From Entomortierella parvispora E1425 (lineage: Eukaryota; Fungi; Mortierellomycota): a stretch of DNA of 64,000 nucleotides. Every line of letters begins with the position of its first letter. The stretch's first letter is position 1. The notes beneath the pieces were generated by a model, which saw only the letters and a list, made by a program, of their open reading frames with translations, made no database searches and was not told the origin of the DNA. This document shows positions 49,790-60,874 of this stretch, in pieces. The stretch is from NCBI GenBank assembly GCA_020891255.1, contig BQFW01000001.1:248001-312000 (forward strand), in the 5' to 3' direction. A program made the position numbers and the translations under genes.

Positions 49790-50884
49790 ATGCCGAGCAG
49801 CGACGGAAATCACAATGGTGGTATCCACCTTGAACGCGCATTTACATCCACCACGAACAACCTGATCGCTAATACTGCACTGCCGGTTCCTTTAGAGGTG
49901 TCTGACATCATATGCAGTTACCTCGACCAAAACTCACTGGCCAATCTTTGCCTCGCCAGCCGTGACACACGTGAAGCCTGTCTTTCAGGTCTTTGGAAGC
50001 GAATTTATGTTTTCGATTTCGGGTATCGACGACAAAGAATCATCTCCAAGACAACTGGACAATTGGCAGGCCATCAAATTGTCCCCAATTCCACGGAATC
50101 CCTGGGGCCGATTATGGAGGCATTCACAAAGAACATCCTTGATATCCAGTCTTTGACGACATCTTCAGTGACGATGCTTCAGTTGCTCACCAAAAGCCCA
50201 TGCAAGAGCCTACGCGAGTTGAATTTCCACCCTTTCTCATATTTCGTGAATACGACCTGGGAAGACACGCAGGATTTCGAGATGTTCCAGGAATCCCTTC
50301 GAAACATCCCCATGGCCCTTGTACCGGCGATTGAGCGCCATCAACGGCTTTCCCGTGTTTCCCTCGAGCTCAATGGCAGGACCCCTCACCTCAACATGAT
50401 GGCTGTCATTGACGCGCTCGCGACATTGTCCGAGTTACGAGAGCTGACTTTTGGAGCAACGGCCCATGCCGTGACGAATCGAGCTCAGGGGGTCGAAACT
50501 ATGATCTTCAAGCTTTTGTCGGGCTGTCCCAAGCTTTTGCAACTGAACATTTTGGAGATGCCGTGGGTCGACGACCCCGACACACCGTTTGTTCTTTTGA
50601 AGCCGATCACTTCGGACCTTACCGATCTCAACCTGTCTGGAACTCTGATCCTGGACAATGGAGTGGCTCTGTCCTCGGTTTTGAAAGTCTGTCCTCGACT
50701 GGAGTCCTTTGTGTTTCCTCGACACTCGGATGGACCTTTGCTGGATGCTGTTCATAAGGCAATCCGGGAGTTCCAGTTGCCAATCAGAAGGGTTCCACTC
50801 CTTGCTTCTTTGATCACCCGAGGAAACCTCCCCTTGGACAAGTACAATGAGATCGTGGAGTCCTTGACACGCTTGAATCTGTAA
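49790..50884 (+). CDS. F-box / RNI-like leucine-rich-repeat protein (364 aa)
   Basis: F-box LPVPLEVSDIICSYLDQNSLANLCLASR...LWK followed by LxxLxL repeats (CKSLRELNF, LSELRELTF, CPKLLQLNI, CPRLESFVF). Confidence 0.8.
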   Translation: MPSSDGNHNGGIHLERAFTSTTNNLIANTALPVPLEVSDIICSYLDQNSLANLCLASRDTREACLSGLWKRIYVFDFGYRRQRIISKTTGQLAGHQIVPNSTESLGPIMEAFTKNILDIQSLTTSSVTMLQLLTKSPCKSLRELNFHPFSYFVNTTWEDTQDFEMFQESLRNIPMALVPAIERHQRLSRVSLELNGRTPHLNMMAVIDALATLSELRELTFGATAHAVTNRAQGVETMIFKLLSGCPKLLQLNILEMPWVDDPDTPFVLLKPITSDLTDLNLSGTLILDNGVALSSVLKVCPRLESFVFPRHSDGPLLDAVHKAIREFQLPIRRVPLLASLITRGNLPLDKYNEIVESLTRLNL

Positions 50885-51389
50885 GGCCCTAGAGCGGGAC
50901 GTTCCTTAGTCTACTAAGTCCTAAGCGACTAAAAAAAAAAAAAAAACGAGCTCTACAAAGAATGAGCGCACAATACTGCAGGCAGTCATTGTCGTCAAAT
51001 AAAAAAAAGGGTATAATCTTGATAGATACAATCCGCACCACACAATGTCGCCCAGAACCATGTCATTATGAAACCACCAGTCTAAAAAGGCCTTGGAGCG
51101 GGGCCAGGGCCTCGTTCATTTCTAAAAATGAATCCGACTTGGACCGTGCACAAGAGGACAAAAAAAAAAGATCAGCGAAACAACAGCGGGCTCAAAATGG
51201 GCGAAGCGTGTTTTTCTCCCTGGCGTTCTCCCGCCTGCTCTCCTCTTTTCGTCTTCTCATGTCTCCATCACTCCATGCCCTGCCTGCATCGCTCCATTCC
51301 ACCATCATTTCTCCATTACCCCTCTCTCATTCATTCACATTAGTCTCCATCACTCCATCCCTCAGTCGTTGACTCAGTGCATCTCTACT

Positions 51390-54300
51390 GAGGTCCAAAA
51401 GAGCCGATCTCCTTCACAATTGCTGCCCTAGCTGCCTTACACACTTTCAAACAAGATCATTCACACATGAGGTCAACTTTAGTAGCGGGACAAATGGTCT
51501 ACTGTTTATTCATCACCAACTTGTAAAGTAGTTCCCTTTTTTTTTTTTTTTTTTGAAGTCTTTTTTTTTTGGTCAGAATTAAAGAGAGAAAACAAGAATT
51601 TTAATAATAGAGTGTTTTGAAAGGGAGTGGAGGTGGAAGAGAGTGCTATAGAAGTGGAAAAGAAGAGGAGAAGAGGATGCTTTGGAAAAGAAAAGGTAAG
51701 TTTCGAAGAAAAAAAAATGGTTTGTGGAAGGGATAAAGTGAGTTGGCGTACCAAGTCCCCCGATGTTTGTTATAGATGCTGACGACAGCGTGCCATCACC
51801 ACATCCCATCGGCATCATGGATTTGTGGAAGAAACAAAGAGTAGTACCAGGTCCCCGATGTTCGCTGACGACTCTGGGCCATCACCTCATCACATCGGCA
51901 TCATGGATTACCGCCCACTATCCTAACTACACTAGGGCTAAACTAACTAGTCTAGAAGCGAAGGAAGGGGGACGGAAGAAAAGGAAGTTTTCTCTCTTGA
52001 TTCTTGATTCTTGATTCTTGTTTCTTGTTTCTTGGATGGGGGCCCTAGACCAAAGAGGGTTGGGAGGCGACTGCGTTTGAGAGGCAGGCCAGGTGGTCTT
52101 GAGGGCCAAGGTCAAGTCTGAAAGCGCTAGACGACCTTGAGGCCGAGAGAGGCCGAGGCTTGGGCCGGGGCAGGCAAGCGGGCAGGTAGTCTTGTGGCCG
52201 AGGCAGGTCTTGAGGGCCAAGGTCAAGCCATGAGAAGGCTGACAACTTTGAGGCCGAGGCTTGAGCTTGAAAGGGCAGGCAAGCTTGCGGCCAGAGACTT
52301 GAAGGGCAGGCAGGTTTGCGGGCAAAGACTAGAAAGGGCAGGCAGGTTTGCGGCCAGAGTCTTGGAAGGGCAGGTCAAAGTCTTGAAAGGGCAGGAAAGG
52401 TGGGCCGCCAGGAGATCAAGACCATTGGGACCGGGGCCAAGGAGGGCAGGACTGAAGCTGGAGAGCCGATGTCGTTGGACCGGAGACACTTGTTACTGGC
52501 CGAGGGGAGGATGGCAGCATGGTGATGTGTACTTTGTGTGCTTTGTGTGCTTTGTGTGTGTGTGGAAAGGGAGTGAAGAAGAAATGAAGGATGAGGAGCA
52601 AAAAAAAGAGGGGAATTGTGGGGGGTATTTGTATGAAAAGTGGATTGTTCGGGTGGATTCTATCTGCTATCGCCTATCGACTGCGGTCTCAGATGCGATA
52701 GCAAAGTCGGCCGGTCCGCCATGGAGAAGACAGGAGAAAGGACATCGATTGGTCCGCCATCGGCTGCGGATCCAATAAAGATGTGATAGCGCGATAGCGA
52801 CATGGCAACATGAAGGAGGAAGGAAATCGATTGGTCCGCCATGGAGAAGACAGTCCTTGCTATCTGCTGCGGCTCCGAGAAAGATGTGATAGCGAGATAG
52901 CGACATGGCGACATAAGGGAGGGAGGAAATCGATTGGTCCGCTGTGGGGGAAGGAAGGAAGGCGGATGAGGGGATAAAGGAACGATGCGGTCATTGAGGA
53001 AGGAAGGAAGGCGATTGGTCCGCCGTCGTCAAAGGGAGGAAAGATAAGTAAACAGACGCGTTGATTTTGGATGAAAGGAGGAAATAAGGGCGATGGATGA
53101 AAGCCACATGGACGACGACGCGTTTGTTTTCTTTTTTTTTTTGTCAAATTTGAAAAAACCAAAAAAAAAATGACTGAAATTCATCTTTCATGGCAAAATG
53201 GCGCGTCTGTTTTCACTTAACTTCTCTCATCGCGTCGCATGGGGACCACTCGACTTCAGTTCCCTTATCCTCCCCCTTCATATAAATACCCGCCATGACT
53301 CCCTTCTTTTTTTTGCTCCTCATCCTTCTTTTCTTCTTCACTCCCCTTCCACACACACAAAGCACACACAAAGCACACAAAGTACACATCACCATGCTGC
53401 CATCCTCCCCTCGGCCAGCAACAAGTGCCTCCGGTCCAACGACATCGGCTCTCCAGCTTTAGTCCTGCCCTCTTTGGCCCCGGTCCCAATGGTCTTGATT
53501 TCCCGGCCCACATCTCCTGCCCTTCCAAGACTCTGGCCGCAAACCTGCCTTCCCTTTCAAGACTCTGGCCGCAAACCTGCCTGCCCTTTCTAGTCTTTGC
53601 CCGCAAACCTGCCTGCCCTTCAAGTCTCTGGCCGCAAACTTGCCCGCCCTTTCAAGCTCAGGCCTCGGCCTCAGCCTGAAAGTTGTCAGCCTTCTCATGG
53701 CTTGACCTTGGCCCTCAAAACCTGCCTCAGCCACAAGACCGCCTGCCCGCTTGCCTGCCCCGGCCCAAGCCTCGGCCTCTCTCGGCCTCAAGGTCGTCTA
53801 GCGCTTTCAGACTTGACCTTGGCCCTCAAGACCACCTGGCCTGCCTCTCAAACGCAGTCGCCTCCCTGCCCTCTTTGGTCTAGGGCCCCCCATCCAAGAA
53901 ACAAGAAACAAGAATTCAAGAAACAAGAATCAAGAGAGAAAACTTCCTTTTCTTCCGTCCCCCTTCCTTCGCTTCTAGACTAGTTAGTTTAGCCCTAGTG
54001 TAGTTAGGATAGTGGGCGGTAATCCATGATGCCGATGTGATGAGGTGATGGCCCAGAGTCGTCAGCGAACATCGGGGACCTGGTACTACTCTTTGTTTCT
54101 TCCACAAATCCATGATGCCGATGGGATGTGGTGATGGCACGCTGTCGTCAGCATCTATAACAAACATCGGGGGACTTGGTACGCCAACTCACTTTATCCC
54201 TTCCACAAACCATTTTTTTTTCTTCGAAACTTACCTTTTCTTTTCCAAAGCATCCTCTTCTCCTCTTCTTTTCCACTTCTATAGCACTCTCTTCCACCTC

Positions 54301-54534
54301 CACTCCCTTTCAAAACACTCTATTATTAAAATTCTTGTTTTCTCTCTTTAATTCTGATCAAAAAAAAAAAGACTTCGAAAAAAAAAAGGAACTACTTTAC
54401 AAAGTTGGTTATGAATAAACGTTAGACAATTTGTCCCGTTACTAAAGTTGACCACATGTGTGAATGATCTTGTTTGAAAGTGTGTAAGGCAGCTATGGCA
54501 GCAATTGTGAAGGAGATCGGCTCTTTTGGACCTC
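51390..54534. repeat. Long inverted repeat: arms about 51390-52640 and 53235-54534, spacer about 600 bp
   Basis: Identical ORF-track peptides on opposite strands (51763-52014 + equals 53916-54167 -; 51579-51818 - equals 54112-54351 +). Arms contain ~30-bp GC-rich subrepeats. Weaker homology extends to about 51150 and 54790. Confidence 0.95.
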
Positions 54535-55999
54535 GGCAGTCTGCACCAGTGCTGTTCAACGCGCCAGGGCAAGAGAATCGAGAGATGCATTCAGTCAATG
54601 ACTGAGAGATGGATTGATGGAGTGATGGAGTGAGAGCAAGGCAAATGTGCATGCATTCGCATGAATGAATGGAATGCTGGAAGAAGGATGGAGGGATGAA
54701 GAGATGGAATGGAGGCATGGGGAGAAAGAACACCAAGGTGGACGCGCTTCGCCCAGAAAAGAGCCCGTTTTTTTTTGCCTTCTTTGTCCTGCTTTGTCCT
54801 TCTTTGTCCTTCTTTGTCCTTCTTTGTCCTGTGGCCCTCTGGCCCTCATTCTTGTGAGCCAACGCACCCATATCTCATCCTGCCTGCCCCCCCTCTCTGA
54901 TCCACTTCATATATTGCCCATTGTTTTGGCACTAGACTAATCTCCAATAGCTCGAAGGGCCAACAGTTGCCACATAGATTCGAGGTTGTCTCTTCCTGGC
55001 TTTCACCCATCCGTATCCTTCATTATACCCGTGCCCGCGCAGATGTCATCAGCCCATGGCCAGATACCTTCCTTGCATCCCTCAAACTAATATTATCTGT
55101 CACTTGGCAAAGATGAGGAGTCTTTATTATCTTTTCATTCATCATCTATTGTAGATCTTTCATAAAGCCCTGATGGTTTTACCAAATGGCAGGCGTCCAT
55201 TGACGCAATTGCTAGGGACGATGAAGGTTTGAAGATTAGAAGGCAAGGAGTCCATTCGGTTCTCTATGAGGAAACAAAGAGTTGTCGAGACATCAAAGCC
55301 TCGCTGAAAGATTGCTTTTTTTTTTTTTTTGCATCTCTTTTGTTCTAATTCTTTTTCGTTTCTCGTGGGTGGGCTGTCTTGTCCGAAGAGAGGGCATCCT
55401 CTGTGAAATTTCCCGGCTTTCATTGCGCTTCTAGAATTCAAATGTAGGGAAAACATCTTTGATACCAGATGAAGGACCTTACCTGCATCTTGTTGTCCGC
55501 TCTATGTCTGCAGAATGTGAAGATGCCGGTGGACGTAGTTTCCTACAGTTAATTTGATGTTCTAGTACATGCAGAGATGAAGGCAAGACAATTATACGAT
55601 GTCCGACTTGGGTTTGTCTGGTCATTCCTTGGTGTCTAATGATTGTCGACTGAGAACCATCCACAATTGTATAGAGACGGTGATAGCTGCTGTAGATAAA
55701 GATAGTTGATTTCAAAGCGACGCCTCTCCTGGAGCGGCACTTCATACCCTGTACGTTCAATGATAGTTGATCAGCGACGGTGTCAATGGGCTAATTGATG
55801 CCCTTTCATCCCATGTCGTGGTATAGAGGGTTGATGTTTGAGTGAAATCCATTATTGTGCTCTTGTGTTGCCGGCTCTCGGCTAAGTGGGAATGAGCGGC
55901 CCCGGGTGATAAGATAACGCCCAGATTCCTGCATCCAGAGATGTTGGTTGAATGTATTACGAATGAGCGGTGCTCCGTTACTGGATTTCAAGTCTTGGC

Positions 56000-58950
56000 G
56001 TTGACGATGTCGAGAAACAGAAGCATATCTGATATTGCGTATCCGATGAGGATGGGTGGGTACAGGATGACGGATGACAGGGTGGTTTCCGTAGCTGGGC
56101 TTTCACGTCACGAGACTTGAGGGTTTGGTCTTGATGGTGGTGACTGACAAATTAAAATCGCCAATGGTCTTGTATCCAATTAGGATGGATGATTGCGGGA
56201 TACCTGTATAGTATCCATTGACTGACTCTCGTTTCGCCAGCCCCTTGCGGTTTGGATGTTGATGTTAACGAGGGGCTGGTTGGGCAGATGTAGGGTGTAA
56301 TCCGCTGTGGGCTCACGCATTATCTCTGAAGTTCTTCGATAGGGATGATGGGCAAAATGACACTTGTTGACATTCCTGCGTCCAAGATGGATGGATAAGA
56401 GGAATGGACGGTATCCACTGTTGAGTTCCAGTCTTGCCGGATCTTGCGATTTAGATGATGATGCTGACGAGGAGCAGATTGAATGGATGTATCATGGTAT
56501 CCGTTGTGGGCTCACACGTTACTTCTTGAGTTGTTGGGTTTTGATGGTGATGATGGGCAAGATGACACTTATTGGTGTTCCTGCGTCCAAGAAGATGGAT
56601 AGACAAGAGGAATGGATGATATCCATTGTTGAGTTCCCGTCTTCCTGGATCTTGAGATTTGGCTGTTGACTGTGCCGAGATACAAGACAGTTATCAACGT
56701 CTCTGCACCCTTTGGTGGTTGTTGGATGCAAGGTGACTTGGTGGTATCCTTGTTGCGTTCCTATCTCGCCATATGTCGACATTTGAGTATTGATGGTGGT
56801 GAGATGCAAGCCTGTTGTTATTGTATTGTCCCTGCATTCGTTTATAATGGGTGGACGCAGTACCGCTTGTTGGTATACCCGTTGAGTTCCTGTTTCGTCA
56901 GATCGAAATCTGAGTGACAATGATCGCGAAATGCAAGATAGTTGGTATAGCCCCTGCATCCGTCGATAATGTGGATGCAGCGTGACTAGGCAGCATCTTT
57001 GTTGAGTCCCTGTCTCGCCAGTTCGTGAGATTTGAGTGTTGATAGTGGTGGGAAGTAAGACAACTTCTAATGTCCCTGCCTTTGACGAAGGGTGGGTGTG
57101 ATATGCTTGGGTGGTATTCTTTGCAGGGTAGCCGGAGTCGGAGGTTCTAAGTCGATGGTTGCGCATCGGTGGTAGCGACTAGGGCGATAAGATACCAGTC
57201 TATAAAATACTGCCGAATCTGATGAGGACGGAGACGGATGGATGCAAGTTGGTAAAATAAGCATCCAAGCGCGATCATCAGATCTTCGGGTGCTGGGAGT
57301 TGATGATGTCGAGGGGTATAATAACATCCATTGTTATCCCTGCATCCCGCACCCAATGCTGATGGACGGATGCAGGATGGCTAGGTGGTATCCATTGTTG
57401 GCCTCCTGTTGGATCAGACGTCACCTGTGGATCCCACTGTGCCCAGTGCGGATAGGTAGGTAAAAATGACAAGATTGTCCATCCATGGCTCTTGGGTTCT
57501 TGAGTGTTGTGGTTGTTTTGGGGGTACTGACTGACAGTTGCTGCAAGAGATTCATAGTGTCCTTTGAGATCTTGAGAGTTGCAAATGGTGAGTAGTAGCG
57601 AAGCTAGGGCAGGAATCTCACTACATTCCTTGATTCATGAGAATAGATGGTCTCTGGATATCGGGGTAAGCCGCTCTTGAAATCTTCAATAGTCGCGTGA
57701 TGGTATTTGGGTGGCATCCATAGACGGATGGTCACTACGACCGGTTTTGTGGTCCTGAGCAGTGGTTGTGAACCAGAAGAGACGCCGAACCGACAAACGA
57801 TCGTCGTGTGTTGCCACCATTGTAGGAAGTGATGGTCAATTTGAGATGCCCTTGGGGCGTGAGTGGTGGATCCAAGAGCTTGATGACAGTGCTGCAGTCG
57901 ACGCTGAGTGTCTATAACCACGGCCTGGGACCGGGACGTGCTAGACTTAATTGAGCACCCGAGGATCAACCACTAGCTGATACCAAACGTGGTAGACATT
58001 ACACCTGGGTTCCCGCCGACGGAGATTGAGTATCTGCCAGAAGACACCCGATGACATCCATGCACCCTTGGAGATGGTTGGAGGGATGGAAAGCTGGACA
58101 GAAAGGTGTCCTTGCTGCTATCTTTCGTCTCCGTCTTTTGAGGCGTTCACTGCTGGTCGCTGAAGGTGTCAGTATTGTACCTTGCTTCACTGTCTTTTGA
58201 GATGGCAGACTCCAAGAAGCATTCGACGACAATGGCGGCGTGGAGGGTTTGATGCCCATGTATCCTGTGGAAATGGATAAGGAGTGCTTTGTCGCATCTG
58301 TTGAATGGTGGTGCCCGTTGCATCGAGTGTTTCTAGCGGTGAAAGACCAAAAGCTACCACTGCTGGCTCATCGTTTGTGGCAGGGTGGATACAGGTGGTA
58401 CTGGGGCGACATCCGTTGAAGTCTCTTTTCAGAGTGTTGACGATGAAAAGTACTCGATGATTGCCCCGCACAGATGGATTCGGGTGCTGAGACGAACATC
58501 GGTTGTTGTGACCAGCCGCACTTGCTCCAATGTCTTCAGTGTTGATGATGACAAGAGGGTGAAAGGCGCTTGGAGATATCCCCTGCATCCTATGAGGATG
58601 GAAGGATTCGTGCTGCTGAGATGACAACGGCTGTCGTGATCCCATCTTACTTGCTCTAGCGTCTTGAGCGTCGGCGGTGGCAAGACAATTAGCGACACTC
58701 GATGATGTCCTTGGATTCTATGACGATGGACGGATTCAGGGGGCTGAGATGGGTATTCATTGTTGTTGTGACGCCGTCTCACTTGGTCCAGTGTCTTGAC
58801 TGTTGATGATGGCAAGAGAATAAAAAGCACTTGCTGATGTCCCTGCAACGTATGACGATGGATAGATTCGCGCCGCTGGATGGGATATCCACTGCTGAGC
58901 TCCCACATATCGATGTCAGCAGAACAGGTCAGAAGAGCCTGCTCCTTGTA
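56000..58950. repeat. Degenerate ~125-bp tandem array
   Basis: Recurring gtatccaytgttgagttcc and tgtccctgca motifs at about 56412, 56619, 56744, 56874, 56997, 57387 and 58884; 42-aa periodicity in ORF 58429-58908. Confidence 0.65.
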
Positions 58951-59343
58951 TTCTTCGCGATGCTAGTAGCCAGTAGCCTTGTATCAATTGACCTTCAAGA
59001 CAGCACATCCAGAGCAAGGAGCGAGATACTGAAGGGTAGCGACCTCGGAGGCAGTGGCGGCAAAGACGATGGAGTACTTCATGATACCATCTTCTCAAGG
59101 GTCTGGGCGAACTGAGCGATGGTGGAATACTTTGGCCATACAACAGCTTAGACACAGTGAAGCGTCTTGTCCTCGTCAAAACCAGCGTTCCACTTCTTTT
59201 GGGTCAATATTCGTAACCAAAGCGACGGCGGTCTTTACGGCTGAGTATCGGCTCACATGACAGACGGGAGCCACGGAGACATTTGCACTTGATTCCAGTC
59301 AACATGGGCTTACGAACAGACTCGCGGGGGAGAACAATGGCGG

Positions 59344-60533
59344 TTATGACTTGGGCACATTGAGACTCAGAGCTCTGGCCTGTCGACGTTGCTCCATTCT
59401 CATGGCAATCCTGTCGTAGTCAAAGGGATCGAAGGCTGGTCCTCCGTCATCGCCTGTGACCAGGGGCTCCAGCCAGCGAACGGAGTCCTTTTGACTGTCA
59501 AGCCTCTCTTGCTCATGACCGTTGTTCATAGCTCGTGTGGGTACAGGGAACCCTTCCAACTTCGTGTTAACCATCCTAAACACACGGGGGCGGACCTCTC
59601 TCAGCAGGTTCAAACCTTGGACATCTGGCTGTAGAGGCACTAAATAAAATGCGTCGTATGTTAGTCCAACCTGAAAAGTGGGTAGAACCAATAAAGTTAA
59701 CCTGATTCAAGATACTTACGGGCTGCCATGACATCTCCACGGCATTCCTTCTTGTTGGTTATAGCCGGATGGGACCCAGGAACCAGGACCGAGGTGTTCT
59801 CATGATACCAGTTCACAAACTCGGAACCCACAGAAGGCAGAGCTTTTATGTCTCCTTGAAGGGAAAAGGCACATGCAACCACACGCTTGACATCGTCTTG
59901 GCGGCTTTCCATGAGTGACTTCATGGCAAAGCTCCCGAGTCCTACTCCAAGCAACACCACTTTCTGTCCAGCGCGAGCGACGTAGGTGTCCCACACGTAC
60001 TTCAACTGTGTGGTGATGGTCTGAAGCACTCGAGACCTCTCCGCACTGGTTGTCGGCTGACTGGGGACAGCCACGTCTATAAGGCCACTCCCACTTCCCA
60101 GGATATCGCTCATGTACTTCGATATGATCGAGTTGACAGGAATGACGTTCTCCGAGCCTTCGGGACTATACCAGAAAAAAAATCATGGTGGTCAGAGATT
60201 TTGAACTTTTGAGCACGTTCCTAGTTTTGAGGTAGGTACTTACACATCATGGACAAATAGGTATAGTGCTGCGCCCGAGCTCTCTCCACTCTCGACTGAC
60301 GGGCTGTAGTTTAGCAAAGATATGAGTAAGATGTTAGCATGCAAGTTTCGGAAGCAGTATATGCAACGGCTGGTGAGTATGATGGGATTAGAGGGCACTA
60401 ACCTAGCGAAAACGTTGCCCAGGTTTAGCGAGGCGTCGAATGGCTCGCCAATAGGCAGAGCCACCAAGCCTGCCTTGTAAGCCTTCGTCCTGTAGCACCC
60501 CATATCGATCGACGGCTTGTTGGTCGGCTCTGG
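59344..60533 (-). CDS. 3' exons of an Hda1/Clr3-like class II histone deacetylase (Arb2 domain); 5' part lies beyond the retroelement, outside the window
   Basis: Spliced LYLFVHDV|PEG...GLIDVAVP...LKYVWDTYV...VVLLGVGLG...NWYHENTSV resembles the Hda1 Arb2 domain. Introns have GTAAGT or GTTAGT donors. Branch site and acceptor (gctaat...catccag) at about 60534-60555. Confidence 0.65.
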
Positions 60534-60599
60534 ATGACATCAGCAGTATTAGCTATCGTTCTTCCGAGAGGCGCTGCAATGTATGGCGAGGGGACTAAG

Positions 60600-60864
60600 T
60601 GACAATACCTGGGACCAGACCTTCGGGAATGCGCACTGCCCTCAGTGCTGAGCGTGGGGTTGTCTGCGGGGCAGGGAGACGAAGGGCCTTTGGAATCCGG
60701 ATTCGTAAAACGATCGGCTTTCTAGGGACCGCGACTTCTCTCTCAAAGCGAGATGCAATAGGAGTATCGAGGGTGGAGTGGAGACAAGAAGTGAGTTTTA
60801 TTATATTGCAAGTTTCTAGCTTTTGTAGGTACACATCGCGTGATGTCACCGTATTCCTGTTACA
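60600..60864 (-). repeat. 3' LTR (about 265 bp)
   Basis: Immediately follows the PPT; TG...CA termini. The distal boundary cannot be confirmed without the 5' LTR. Confidence 0.7.
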
Positions 60865-60874
60865 CCTTCCCCTT

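Noticed and set aside
52640-53400. Divergent histone gene pair suggested by the CCAAT-rich bidirectional layout
   Set aside because: No histone-fold sequence in any frame of either arm.
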